Source of the DNA: Longimicrobiales bacterium
GTDB taxonomy: Bacteria > Gemmatimonadota > Gemmatimonadetes > Longimicrobiales > Gaopeijiaceae
Assembly: GCA_965204735.1 (NCBI GenBank)
Contig: OZ242008.1
Location: forward strand, 3,872,001-3,936,000
Direction of reading: 5' to 3'
DNA: 64,000 bases
Part shown: positions 47,693 to 57,927 of the stretch, piece by piece
How the letters are laid out: each line of letters begins with the position of its first letter
How positions within the stretch are numbered: the stretch's first letter is position 1
Notes under the pieces: model-generated
Seen by the model: the letters and a program-made list of their open reading frames with translations, nothing else
What the model was told of the DNA's origin: nothing
The model's database searches: none
Made by a program: the position numbers and the translations under genes

Positions 47693-50410
47693 ATGGCCAA
47701 GTCCCGACCTCGCGGCGGAGAGACGCCGCTCATGCGCCAATGGCGCGAGATCAAGTCCAAGCACCGGGACGCCCTCGTGTTCTTCAGGGTAGGCGACTTC
47801 TACGAGATGTTCGCCGACGACGCCGAGGAGGGGTCCCGCCTTCTCGGGCTCACTCTCACCAGCCGCAACAACGGGGCCGCGGGCCGAGTTCCCCTGGCCG
47901 GAGTGCCCGTCAAGGCCCTGGACGAGTACCTGGCCCGCCTCGTCAAGCTCGGACGCCGGGTCGCGATCTGCGAGCAGATGGAGGAGGCCAAGTCCTCCAA
48001 GAAGATCGTGCGGCGCAAGGTCGTGGAGACGGTCACGCCCGGCACCGTCCTCTCGGGGCAGCTCCTGGAAGCCAAGCGCAACAACTACGTGGCCGCGCTG
48101 GCGTTCGGCGACGGGCCGGGAGCCGGACTGGCCGGACCGGGAGGGTCGCCCGGAGCCGGGCTGGCCGACCGGGGGAGGTCGCCGGGAGAGCCCTCCCTGC
48201 CAGTTGGCGTGGCCGCCGTCGACGTGTCCACCGGGGAGACGACCGTGGTCGGCGCCGTTCTCGGCGAGCTGGAGGAAGTGTTGGCCCGCTTCGAGCCCCG
48301 GGAGGTCCTGGCGCCGGAGTCCGGCCAAGCGCTCCTGTCCCTTGCAGGGCGCGCGCAGGAAGCGACGGGCGGTCCGACAGCCGCGGGCGTCGTCTTCACC
48401 GTCCGCCCGGACTGGACGTTCGAAGAGGAGACCGCCCGCGACGAGCTGGTGCGCCGCTATCGGGTCCAGTCCCTCGACGGCTTCGGGTTCGAGCCCGGCG
48501 ACGGCCTCCTGATCCGCGCCGCCGGCGCCCTCGTCGCGTACGTGGCGGAGATCCGCCCGGGCGCTTCCGACCACCTCTTGGCGCCCAGGGTGCTGCGCCC
48601 CGGCTCGGTCATGACCCTGGACTCCATGACCCGCCGCAACCTGGAGCTGGTGGAGCCGCTGCGCCCCGGCGAAGGCGACGCCTCCCTCCTCTCGGTGCTC
48701 GACACGACCAAGACGCCCATGGGCGCCCGCCTTCTCCGTTCGTGGCTGCTGGCGCCGCTGGTGGACGCCGACGCGATCCGCCGCCGGCAAGGAGGCGTGG
48801 CCGAGCTCGTCGACGATCCCGCTTCCCGCGCGGCCCTCCGCGCGGCGCTCGCCCGGGTTCGCGACCTGGATCGGCTGGCCACGCGCATCGGGGCGGGACG
48901 GGGCTCCCCCAGGGACGTGCTGGGGCTGGGCGCCTCCGCGCAACAGGTCCCCGCCTTGTCGGAAGCCGGCGAGAGACTGCGCGGCGACGCCCTGCGGACA
49001 CTCTTCGACGGCCTGGACGCGCTGGAGGACGTGGAGGCGCTGGTGGCCGAAGCGATCTCGGAGGACGCGCCCGCGACCCTGGCCGAGGGCGGCGTGATCC
49101 GGGAGGGCTTCAGCAAGGAGCTGGACGACCTCCGCAACGTCCGCGACGGCGCGCAGGAGTTCATCGCCGGCCTCCAGACCCGGGAGCGGGAGAACACCGG
49201 AATCGCGTCTCTTCGGGTCGGCTTCAACAAGCCCTTCGGCTACTACCTGGAAGTCACCAAGCCCAACCTTCCCCGGGTTCCCCAGCACTTCATCCGGAAG
49301 CAGACCCTCACGGGGGCCGAGCGCTTCTTCACCCCCGAGCTCAAGGAGTGGGAGGAGAAGGTGTTCGGCGCCGAAGAACGGATCGCCCAGGTGGAAGAAT
49401 CGCTCTTCCATCGGGTGCGCAAGGAGCTGGCCGGAGCCGTTCCCCGCATGCAGCGGACCAGCCGCCGGCTGGCCGAGCTGGACGCCACCGCCGCCTTGGC
49501 CGAAGTCGCCGAGAGCCGAGGCTACGTGCTTCCCGAGATCGCCGGGGGGTTCGCCTTCGACACGACCGCCGGCCGCCACCCCGTCGTCGAGACGATGATG
49601 CCCCCCGAGGACTTCATCCCCAACGACCTGCGCCTGGACGAGGAAGGGCGGATCGCGATCCTGACCGGCCCCAACATGGCCGGCAAGAGCACGGTGCTGC
49701 GCCAGACCGGCCTCCTTCAGATCATGGCGCAGATGGGGTCGTTCGTTCCCGCCGAGCGCGCGCGCCTGGCAGTGTGCGACCGGGTGTTCACTCGGGTCGG
49801 GGCTTCCGACAGCTTGGCCCGGGGCCAGTCCACCTTCATGGTGGAGATGAACGAGACGGCGTCGATCATCCACGGCGCCACGGAGCGGAGCCTGGTCCTG
49901 CTGGACGAGATCGGACGGGGAACCTCCACCTACGACGGCGTGTCGATTGCGTGGGCGGTCACCGAGCACCTTCACGAGCGGGTGGGCGCCAAGACCGTCT
50001 TCGCCACCCACTACCACGAACTCACCCAGCTGGGCGACCTTCTTCCATGCGTGAAGAACTTGAACGTGGCCGTCCGCGAATCCGGCGACGACATCGTCTT
50101 CCTGCGACGGCTCGAGGCGGGAGGCGCCGACCGCTCGTACGGCATCCAGGTGGCGCGCCTGGCGGGGTTTCCGCCCGAGCTGCTTGCCCGGGCAAGGGGA
50201 CTGCTGGCCGAGCTGGAAGGGACCCACTCGAGCGGCGGCAGGGGGCTGGGGCGGGGCCGCCACGCGCCGAAGACGCCGGCGGACGAGCAGATTCCCCTCT
50301 TCGATCCGGAGCATCCCGTGCTGGACCGCCTTCGCTCGCTGGACCCCGACCGCATGACGCCCATGGAGGCGCTGGCCGCCCTCCACTCGCTTCGGGAGAT
50401 GACCGAGTGA
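47693..50410 (+). CDS. mutS: DNA mismatch repair protein MutS
   Basis: FRVGDFYEMF, TGPNMAGKST, STFMVEM, LDEIGRGTST, ATHYHEL, SYGIQVA. Confidence 0.97.
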   Translation: MAKSRPRGGETPLMRQWREIKSKHRDALVFFRVGDFYEMFADDAEEGSRLLGLTLTSRNNGAAGRVPLAGVPVKALDEYLARLVKLGRRVAICEQMEEAKSSKKIVRRKVVETVTPGTVLSGQLLEAKRNNYVAALAFGDGPGAGLAGPGGSPGAGLADRGRSPGEPSLPVGVAAVDVSTGETTVVGAVLGELEEVLARFEPREVLAPESGQALLSLAGRAQEATGGPTAAGVVFTVRPDWTFEEETARDELVRRYRVQSLDGFGFEPGDGLLIRAAGALVAYVAEIRPGASDHLLAPRVLRPGSVMTLDSMTRRNLELVEPLRPGEGDASLLSVLDTTKTPMGARLLRSWLLAPLVDADAIRRRQGGVAELVDDPASRAALRAALARVRDLDRLATRIGAGRGSPRDVLGLGASAQQVPALSEAGERLRGDALRTLFDGLDALEDVEALVAEAISEDAPATLAEGGVIREGFSKELDDLRNVRDGAQEFIAGLQTRERENTGIASLRVGFNKPFGYYLEVTKPNLPRVPQHFIRKQTLTGAERFFTPELKEWEEKVFGAEERIAQVEESLFHRVRKELAGAVPRMQRTSRRLAELDATAALAEVAESRGYVLPEIAGGFAFDTTAGRHPVVETMMPPEDFIPNDLRLDEEGRIAILTGPNMAGKSTVLRQTGLLQIMAQMGSFVPAERARLAVCDRVFTRVGASDSLARGQSTFMVEMNETASIIHGATERSLVLLDEIGRGTSTYDGVSIAWAVTEHLHERVGAKTVFATHYHELTQLGDLLPCVKNLNVAVRESGDDIVFLRRLEAGGADRSYGIQVARLAGFPPELLARARGLLAELEGTHSSGGRGLGRGRHAPKTPADEQIPLFDPEHPVLDRLRSLDPDRMTPMEALAALHSLREMTE

Positions 50411-50994
50411 GCCCAGGAGACGGCCGAGCAAGTCCGGGAGACGGCCGAGCGAGACGGGATCGGCGCGCGCGGAAAGACGGCGGAGCGAAAGATCGACGGC
50501 TTCGCGGCGTATTCGTGGTCGCCGGGCGGCGGCGCAGCGCCTTCGCTGGTCCGGCTCGGGCGGGCGGAGAGGCGGCGACGTTCGTTCTCCTCCTGGCGAC
50601 GGCGACGCTTTCGACCGCGTGCGGCGCCGACGACGTGGAGAAGCCGGTGCCTCGCTTCGACGAAAGCCCGGTGGAGTATCCCCTGGAGCTTTGGGCCGAC
50701 GGCGTCGAGGGGAACGCCCTGGTTCGGGTCCTGGTAAACGAGGAGGGACGGGTGGACAGCGCGACGATCGCCGAGAGCAGCGGGCACCCGGTGCTCGACT
50801 CCGCCGCCGTGGCCGGGGCCAAGGCCATGGAGTTCGACCCGGCCCTGAAGGACGGGGAGCCGATCGAGGCATGGGCCCACGTGCCCATCGATTTCTCGAA
50901 GCCGGCGCCCGAGAGCGACACCGCGACGGAGGCGGCGCGGCCGCTCGCCGCGGGCTCCCCGGTCGGCGGAAGCGGCGGGAGGGGAGCGACTTGA
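50407..50994 (+). CDS. Energy transducer TonB C-terminal domain protein
   Basis: YP......GVEG..LV...V...G.V, SSGHPVLDSAA, FDPA...G; start uncertain. Confidence 0.8.
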   Translation: MSPGDGRASPGDGRARRDRRARKDGGAKDRRLRGVFVVAGRRRSAFAGPARAGGEAATFVLLLATATLSTACGADDVEKPVPRFDESPVEYPLELWADGVEGNALVRVLVNEEGRVDSATIAESSGHPVLDSAAVAGAKAMEFDPALKDGEPIEAWAHVPIDFSKPAPESDTATEAARPLAAGSPVGGSGGRGAT

Positions 50995-52403
50995 CCCCCG
51001 CGCCGACGGGCGCCGGCGACCCACGGCACCGGCGACCCTACCGCGACGTCATGGAGCTGGTGGGCTGGACGCCCCTGGTCCGGCTGAACCGGGTGACCTC
51101 CGGCGTCCGCACCCCCGTCTTCGGCAAGGCCGAGTTCATGAACCCGGGGGGCTCGGTGAAGGACCGGATCGGGCTGGCGATGATCGAGGCCGCCGAGGAG
51201 GCCGGCTTGCTGGCGCCCGGCGGCACGATCGTCGAAGGGACCAGCGGCAACACGGGACTGGCCCTGGCGATGGCGGCCTCGTCCCGGGGGTACAGGTGCG
51301 TCTTCACCATGCCCGACAAGATGAGCCTGGAGAAGGTGAAGCTGCTGCGCGCGTTCGGAGCGGAGGTGGTGATCACGCCGACCGCGGTGCCGCCGGACCA
51401 CCCGGACCACTACGTCAACCGCGCCAAGTCGATCGCCGATTCCACCTCGGGCGCCTTCCTGGCCGACCAGTTCTGCAACCAGGCCAACCCGGAGGCCCAC
51501 TACCGGACAACGGGACCCGAGGTGTGGGAGCAGACCGACGGCGCCGTGACCCACTTCTTCGCAGGGGCGGGCACCGGAGGCACGATCTCGGGGACGGGCC
51601 GGTACCTGAAGGAGCGCAACCCGTCGGTGCAGGTGGTGGGAGTGGATCCGGTGGGCTCGGTGATCTCGGAGTACTTCGCCACCGGGAAGGCGGGGCAGGG
51701 CGCCCCGTACAAGGTCGAGGGGCTGGGAAACGACAAGATCCCCGGCACGCTGGACGTGGAGTGCGTGGACGAGTACGTCACCGTGGGCGACGGCGAGGCC
51801 TTCCGCATGGCCCGCCGCCTCGTGGTGGAGGAAGGATTGTTCGTGGGCGGCTCCAGCGGGCTGATCGTCCACGCCGCGCTGGAGGCCGCCCGCCGGATCG
51901 ACGACCCGGACGCGTGCGTCGTGGCCGTGCTCTGCGACTGGGGCGAGCGCTACCTGACCAAGCAGTTCGACGACGAGTGGATGCGCAACAACGGCTTCCT
52001 GGAGCGGCGCCGGTCCACCGTGGCCCAGATGGTCGCGTCGAAGCCCGACCGTCTTCCGGGCCTGGTGGCCGCCGCCCCGGAAACGCCGGTCCGCATGGCG
52101 ATCTCGACTCTCTCCTCCCACAACGTGTCGCAGCTTCCGGTGGTCGTCGGCGGCGAGTGCGTCGGCAGCGTCGCCGAGCGGGAGCTCATGACCCGAGTGC
52201 TCGAGAACCCGCAGGCGCTGGACGCGACCGTGGAGTCGGTGATGGAAGCACCGTACCCTGCGGTGGACCAGGACGCCGACTCGGAGGCGGCAGTTCGGCT
52301 GCTCACGGGCGGGGCCCAGGCGGTGCTGATCCGGTCGCGCGGCGAGATCGGCGGCATCCTGACGAGGCACGACCTGGTGCGGGCTCTGGCGGCAGGGACG
52401 TGA
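50991..52403 (+). CDS. Cystathionine beta-synthase (PLP domain plus CBS pair)
   Basis: KAEFMNPGGSVKDR, GTSGNTG, GAGTGGT; C-terminal CBS domains. Confidence 0.88.
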   Translation: MTPAPTGAGDPRHRRPYRDVMELVGWTPLVRLNRVTSGVRTPVFGKAEFMNPGGSVKDRIGLAMIEAAEEAGLLAPGGTIVEGTSGNTGLALAMAASSRGYRCVFTMPDKMSLEKVKLLRAFGAEVVITPTAVPPDHPDHYVNRAKSIADSTSGAFLADQFCNQANPEAHYRTTGPEVWEQTDGAVTHFFAGAGTGGTISGTGRYLKERNPSVQVVGVDPVGSVISEYFATGKAGQGAPYKVEGLGNDKIPGTLDVECVDEYVTVGDGEAFRMARRLVVEEGLFVGGSSGLIVHAALEAARRIDDPDACVVAVLCDWGERYLTKQFDDEWMRNNGFLERRRSTVAQMVASKPDRLPGLVAAAPETPVRMAISTLSSHNVSQLPVVVGGECVGSVAERELMTRVLENPQALDATVESVMEAPYPAVDQDADSEAAVRLLTGGAQAVLIRSRGEIGGILTRHDLVRALAAGT

Positions 52404-53587
52404 GCCCGCTCCGCGTCGCCGTGCTCATGGGAGGCAGCTCCGAGGAGCGGGGCGTCTCGCTGGCGAGCGGGTGCGAAGTGGCGGCGGCGCTGCGCTCGGC
52501 CGGGCATCGCGTGACGGCGATCGACTCGGCGGTCGGGCCGATCCCGCGCGAGCGCGAACAGCGAATCCTGGAATCCGGGATCGGCAGGGCGGAGGACGAT
52601 GCGGGGTTCGGGTCCGACGAGGGCGGCGGCGGGAAAGCGCACGGCGGTCGGGCGCTCCCCGAAGCCCGGGTGATCGCCTCCGAGCCGGCCCTGAGGGAGG
52701 CCGACGTGGCGTTCCTGGCACTCCACGGCGGCGCCGGCGAGGACGGGAGGGTCCAGACGCTTCTCGGGGCTGCCGGGATCCCCTACGCCGGCAGCGGACC
52801 GGTCGGCTGCGCGCTGTCCATGGACAAGGACCTGACCAAGCGGCTGCTTAGGGACGAAGGGATCGCCACCCCAGCCTGGGCGGCGGGCGGACCGGGCGGA
52901 CCCGGCAAGCCCGGCGAGTCCGGCGAGTCCGGCGACTCCAGAGGGGGCCGGCCGGGCCGGTCGCGACGCTTGGACGGCCGACCCGATGCCGCGGCGGTCG
53001 TCGACGCGCTGGGCCTTCCGCTGATCGTCAAGCCGGTCTCCGGCGGATCGTCGGTGAGGCTGACGCTGGCCCGGTCCGTCGAGGAGGTGTCGGAAGCGGC
53101 CGAGGAAGCGGCGGGCGGCGGCGACGCGGTCATGTACGAAGCGTACGTCGAGGGGCGGGAGTTCACCGTAGGCGTCTTGGAGGAGGAAGCGCTGCCGGTG
53201 ATCGAGATCGAGCCACAGCACGAGCTCTTCGACTTCGACTGCAAGTACGTGGACGGGATGGCCCGCGAGACGGTGCCCGCGGAGATCTCCCAGGAGTTGT
53301 CCGCCAACCTCCGCGCCCTTGCCCGGACCGTGCACTTGCTGCTGCGCCTGGAGCACTTCTCGCGAGTCGACTTCATGGTGGACGCACGCGGGAAGGTCTG
53401 GTGCCTGGAGGCCAACGCGCTCCCCGGCCTCACCCGCAACAGCTTGGTGCCGAAAGCGGCACGGGCGGCCGGGATCGCGTTCCCCGACTTTTGCGAACGG
53501 ATCTGTCGGCTGGGGCGGAGCCGGCGTCCGTCGAATCCCGTTCCCCGAGAGTCGGCGCGTGGGGTCGAGACGCCCGCGGGCGCGTAG
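52400..53587 (+). CDS. ddl: D-alanine--D-alanine ligase
   Basis: GGSSEERGVSL, ALHGGAGEDG, MDK, VKP..GGSS, LEANALPG. Confidence 0.92.
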   Translation: MSPLRVAVLMGGSSEERGVSLASGCEVAAALRSAGHRVTAIDSAVGPIPREREQRILESGIGRAEDDAGFGSDEGGGGKAHGGRALPEARVIASEPALREADVAFLALHGGAGEDGRVQTLLGAAGIPYAGSGPVGCALSMDKDLTKRLLRDEGIATPAWAAGGPGGPGKPGESGESGDSRGGRPGRSRRLDGRPDAAAVVDALGLPLIVKPVSGGSSVRLTLARSVEEVSEAAEEAAGGGDAVMYEAYVEGREFTVGVLEEEALPVIEIEPQHELFDFDCKYVDGMARETVPAEISQELSANLRALARTVHLLLRLEHFSRVDFMVDARGKVWCLEANALPGLTRNSLVPKAARAAGIAFPDFCERICRLGRSRRPSNPVPRESARGVETPAGA

Positions 53588-53618
53588 CCGTCGCTTGCGC
53601 AGACGCTCCGTTCAGCAG

Positions 53619-55064
53619 GTGGCCGACCAAGTTCGGCAAGGGAAGGACAGCGCAAGGCTGCACGCAGAGGACGCGATTCGGCGTCACGAGGCCAGCGCTC
53701 TGGGCGCGTACGTCTGCTTCGACGCAGAGGGAGCGCTGGAGCAGGCCGACCGGATCGACGCGGCGGTGGCGAGGGGGGAGGACCCCGGTCGCCTGGCTGG
53801 AGTCACCGTCTCCGTCAAGGACCTGTACGGCGTCGAAGGGCTTCCCGTCCGCGCCGGCACCAAGAGGGAGCTTCCCCCGAAGTGGCGCCGGGAAGGCTTC
53901 CTCGTGCGGTCGCTGCGCGCGCTGGGAGCGGTGATCGTCGGGAAGACCCATACGGTGGAGCTGGCCTTTGGGGGCGTAGGGTTGAACCCCAACACGGGCA
54001 CGCCCGTGAACCCATGGGACGCCGAGGAAAGCCGGGCGCCCGGCGGGTCCTCGTCGGGGGCGGGCGCGAGTCTGTGGGAAGGGTCGGCCCGAATCGCCGT
54101 GGGAAGCGACACCGGCGGCTCCGTGCGCATCCCGGCGTCGGCGACCGGGGTCGTGGGCCACCGTCAGACCACGGGCAGGTGGCCGACGACCGGCGTCTTC
54201 CCGTTGAGCAGCACCATGGACACGGTGGGACTCCTGACCCGCACTGCCGAGGACTCGCTTTACGCCTTCAAGGCGATCGACCGGCTGGCGCCGGGGGCGG
54301 CAGGCTCGAGCGGCAGGGCGACCAGCAGCGCGAGCGGCTCGGCTTGCAGGCCAGCTGTCCCGGGGGCCGGAGCGACGCCCTCGCGGCCCGCCGATGCGAC
54401 GGGACTTCGGATCGGAGTGCTCGCCGGCTCGTACACCTGGGACGACGCCCAGCCCGACGTTGCGGACGTGGTGCATGCCGCGCTGGCCGAGCTCGAAGCG
54501 GCCGGCGCGGTCGTTCGGGACATCGCAATGCCCGAGTGGGACGAGGCGGGCCTCGCCTACCTCTCCGGCGGACTCGTGCCGCCCGAGTGCATCGAGTTCC
54601 TGGAGCGGGAGATGCCGGAGTGGCCCGACGCCTTGGACCCGACCGTCGGCAAGCGGCTGGAGGCGGCCCGCGACACCCCGGCCGTCGAGTACGTAAGGAT
54701 CTTGCGGCTTCGACGACGACTCGCCGCCAGCATCCACGCCCGGATGGACGAGGAGGGCGTGGACCTCCTGGCCACGCCGACCGTTCCCGTCACGCCCCCG
54801 ACGCTGGCCGAGCTGGCGCAGCTTGACCGGTACCGCGAAGTCAACCGGCAGATGCTGTCGGCAACGGGTCCTGCGGGAATGCTGGAGATGTGCGCCGTCA
54901 GCTTGCCCGCCGGGCTCGACAACAGCAGAATGCCCGTCGGCCTCCAGCTGGTCGGGCGTTCGGGAACCGACGTGGAGCTTCTCCAGCGGGCGGTCGTGGC
55001 CGAACAGCTCCTGGGCGCTGGCGCAGAGCGGCTGGGAACGCCGCCCGTGCTGGTCTCCTGCTAG
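53619..55064 (+). CDS. Amidase (amidase-signature family)
   Basis: SVKD, PGGSSSGAG, GSDTGGSVRIPA, PVGLQLVG; start uncertain. Confidence 0.9.
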   Translation: MADQVRQGKDSARLHAEDAIRRHEASALGAYVCFDAEGALEQADRIDAAVARGEDPGRLAGVTVSVKDLYGVEGLPVRAGTKRELPPKWRREGFLVRSLRALGAVIVGKTHTVELAFGGVGLNPNTGTPVNPWDAEESRAPGGSSSGAGASLWEGSARIAVGSDTGGSVRIPASATGVVGHRQTTGRWPTTGVFPLSSTMDTVGLLTRTAEDSLYAFKAIDRLAPGAAGSSGRATSSASGSACRPAVPGAGATPSRPADATGLRIGVLAGSYTWDDAQPDVADVVHAALAELEAAGAVVRDIAMPEWDEAGLAYLSGGLVPPECIEFLEREMPEWPDALDPTVGKRLEAARDTPAVEYVRILRLRRRLAASIHARMDEEGVDLLATPTVPVTPPTLAELAQLDRYREVNRQMLSATGPAGMLEMCAVSLPAGLDNSRMPVGLQLVGRSGTDVELLQRAVVAEQLLGAGAERLGTPPVLVSC

Positions 55065-55180
55065 ACTGGACGGCCAGGCAGCCGCGGCCGGGACATCGCA
55101 GCTCGCAAAGTGGGACATTTGGGGCAAGGCAAATCTGAACCCGACACTTCCGATGCGCCGAGGCGGAGGAGGAAGAGGAG

Positions 55181-56617
55181 ATGGACCGCACCGCGCTCCG
55201 GGCCGGCGTCCTCGCGGCAAGTGCGGCGACGCTCGCCCTGTTCGCGGGCGTGCCGGTTGCGGCGGCAAGGGCGCAGCAACCGGCGTCGGCGACTCTCTGC
55301 CGCGTGCAGCGCGTCGGAGGCGAGCCGGCCGCCGGAGAGGCCGACCTGCTCTCGCCGCCGCCTGCGTACGACAGCTACGGCGACGAGCGGCTGGCCGCCT
55401 TGATCGAGGAGGGGTTGGCGAGAAACCCGCAGGTTCGGGCGGCTTGGTCGGCATGGCAGACGTCGCGCCATCGCGTGGCCCAGGCGACGTCCCGTCCCGA
55501 TCCGATGCTCATGCTGACCCAGCACGTCCAACCGCCGGAGACGCGGGTGGGTCCCCAGATTGCGATGCTCTCGGTCCGCCAGCGCCTTCCGGGCTTCGGG
55601 AAGCTCGATCTGCGGGGCCGGGTGGCGGCTTCGGCTGCGGTCGAGCAGGGCGAACTGCACAAGGCCCAGCGCGCCGACCTCGTCCGCTTGGTCAAGGGCG
55701 CTTGGTACGACTTGGCGCTCGTCGACCGGGCGCTGGCGATCAACCGGGAGAGCGAGGCGCTGTTGGAGCGCTACGAGGCCGTGGCGCGAGCCCGGTACGC
55801 GCAGGGGTTCGGGCTGCAGGCCGACGTCGTGCGCATGCAGGCCGAGTACACGCGCGCGCTGAGCCGGCGGGACGACCTGGAGCGGCAGAGGATCGACGCC
55901 GAAGCGACGCTCAACTCCCTGCTCGCGCGCCCCGTCGGGGAAGCTCACGCCGTCGTCGAGCCGCTCCGCCTTCCCCCGGCGCCCGCCGGCGCCGACTCCC
56001 TTGCCGCCGCCGGAGTGCGCGCGCGCCCTGAACTCCGAGCCGCGCTCAGGCGCGTCGAGACCAGGGAACACGCCGCCGCGCTGGCCCGGCGGGCGCGCTG
56101 GCCCGACTTCGACGTGGGCGTCGCGTGGGGCGCGCTGCTCGGCAGGGACGACCCGGCGGGGCGGGCCATGCCGCCGCCCGACAACGGCCGGGACGTCTTC
56201 AGCGTGACCGCGGGCATCAACTTGCCGGTCTTCGGAGAACGCTACGAAGCCGGTGTCCGCGAAGCCTCCGAGTCGCTCGCGCAGGCGTGCGCGCAGTACG
56301 AGGGCGCGGTGAACGAGATGGAGCGGGCCGTGCGGTCCACGTTGGCCAAGATACTCTCCGTGAAGCGCCAGCTGGCTCTCTTCGAGGACGCTCTGCTGCC
56401 TCAGACCGAGCAGGCGCTGCACTCCACCGAGGCCGCGTACTCGACGGGCACGGCGGGCGCCCTCGACCTTCTGGACGGCGAGCGCAGGCTGCAGGACGTC
56501 CGGCTCGGGCTTGCGCGCCTTGCGACCGAATACATGAAGGCGCTGGCCGATCTCGAGCGCGCCGTGGGCGCAGCCGTGGTCGGACGGGACGCCTCGTCCG
56601 AAGGGGACGGATCATGA
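55181..56617 (+). CDS. TolC/CusC family outer membrane efflux protein
   Basis: Signal peptide; ARNPQV, GKL.LRG; first gene of an RND triplet. Confidence 0.88.
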   Translation: MDRTALRAGVLAASAATLALFAGVPVAAARAQQPASATLCRVQRVGGEPAAGEADLLSPPPAYDSYGDERLAALIEEGLARNPQVRAAWSAWQTSRHRVAQATSRPDPMLMLTQHVQPPETRVGPQIAMLSVRQRLPGFGKLDLRGRVAASAAVEQGELHKAQRADLVRLVKGAWYDLALVDRALAINRESEALLERYEAVARARYAQGFGLQADVVRMQAEYTRALSRRDDLERQRIDAEATLNSLLARPVGEAHAVVEPLRLPPAPAGADSLAAAGVRARPELRAALRRVETREHAAALARRARWPDFDVGVAWGALLGRDDPAGRAMPPPDNGRDVFSVTAGINLPVFGERYEAGVREASESLAQACAQYEGAVNEMERAVRSTLAKILSVKRQLALFEDALLPQTEQALHSTEAAYSTGTAGALDLLDGERRLQDVRLGLARLATEYMKALADLERAVGAAVVGRDASSEGDGS

Positions 56618-57927
56618 ACTACGTGCGCAGGCGATGGATCGCCGGGCTCGCGACCGTCGTCGCCCTCCTGGCCGCCGCGGTCGTCTGGGATCCGATGGGC
56701 TGGACCTCGGACCAAGCCGACGAAGCCGACGGCCAGCTCTACACCTGCGCCATGCACCCCCACGTCCTGCTGCACGGCCCCGGCGTCTGCCCCATATGCG
56801 GCATGGACCTCGTTCCGGTCGAGCCGGACCCGTCTGCCCACGAGCACGACCCGGCCCCCGCCTCGGCCGACGACTCGCTCGGGTCGCCGGTCTCCGTGCA
56901 CGTCGATCCGGCGTTCCTGCAGAGCTTTGGCGTGCGCACCGAAGTCGTGGGCAAGGGCTCGCTGGACCTGGAGATTCGCACGGTCGGCTACCTTGCCCAC
57001 GACGACGAAGCCGTCTTCTCGGTCAACACCAAGTTCGGCGGATGGATCGAACAAGCCCACGTGGCGACAGTCGGCGAGCGCGTGTCCAAGGGAGACGTGC
57101 TCTTCGAGATCTACAGCCCGGAGCTCGTCACCTCTCAATGGGACTACATCTCGGCGATCGAGTACGCGGAACGGCTGCGGGAACGAGGCGCCCACGACGA
57201 CGCCGTGCGCCAAGCCGAATCGCTCGCGGCGGCGGCCCGGGAGCGCCTGCGGTCGTGGGACATGACGCCGCGTCAGATCGAGGCGCTGGAGACGACGCGG
57301 GAACCCAGCCGAACCGTCGAGTTCGTGTCGCCGGTTTCCGGCTTTCTCGTGGAGAAGACGGGCGATTCGCTGGAGGGGCTGCGGCTCTCTCCGGGCATGA
57401 CCGTCCTCAAGTTCGCGGACCATCACACGCTCTGGGTCGAAGCCGAGTTCTTCGAGCACGACGTGCGCCACCTTCGGGAGGACCAGCAGGTCGTCGTCAC
57501 CATCGACGCCTTCCCGCAGCGCCAATGGGACGGAACGATCCTCTTCTTCCGGCCCGCCATGAACCCGGCCACGCGCACGCTGACGGCGTTCGTCAAGGTT
57601 GACAACAGCGACCTGCTCCTTCGCCCCAAGATGTTCGCCAACGTCGTTGCGCGGACTCCGGCAGCGGCCGACGCCGTCCTGGTCCCGTCGGACGCCGTGC
57701 TGCGCGCGGGCGGGCGGTCGATCGTGATCGTTGCCGAGGGCGGCGGGCGCTTCACGCCTCGCGAGGTCCGCCTGGGACTCTCGGCCGCCGGGCGGCAGCA
57801 GATCCTCAAAGGGTTGGCCGAAGGCGAGACGATCGTCACCACGTCCCAGTTCCTCTTCGACTCGGAAAGCAACTTGCGGGCCGCGATCGCCCGGCTCGCC
57901 GCCGAAGCTCCGAACGACCGGCCTTGA
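56614..57927 (+). CDS. cusB: CusB-like RND periplasmic adaptor with heavy-metal-binding domain
   Basis: YTCAMHP...CPICGMDL, GWIE, IYSPEL, SQFLFDSESNL. Confidence 0.85.
   Translation: MNYVRRRWIAGLATVVALLAAAVVWDPMGWTSDQADEADGQLYTCAMHPHVLLHGPGVCPICGMDLVPVEPDPSAHEHDPAPASADDSLGSPVSVHVDPAFLQSFGVRTEVVGKGSLDLEIRTVGYLAHDDEAVFSVNTKFGGWIEQAHVATVGERVSKGDVLFEIYSPELVTSQWDYISAIEYAERLRERGAHDDAVRQAESLAAAARERLRSWDMTPRQIEALETTREPSRTVEFVSPVSGFLVEKTGDSLEGLRLSPGMTVLKFADHHTLWVEAEFFEHDVRHLREDQQVVVTIDAFPQRQWDGTILFFRPAMNPATRTLTAFVKVDNSDLLLRPKMFANVVARTPAAADAVLVPSDAVLRAGGRSIVIVAEGGGRFTPREVRLGLSAAGRQQILKGLAEGETIVTTSQFLFDSESNLRAAIARLAAEAPNDRP

Noticed and set aside
47504..50872. Very long antisense or alternate-frame ORFs (e.g. 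1122 aa opposite mutS, 952 aa opposite cusA, 892 aa opposite copA)
   Set aside because: Shadow frames expected in high-GC DNA; Arg/Gly/Pro-rich or mirror-codon composition, with no motifs.
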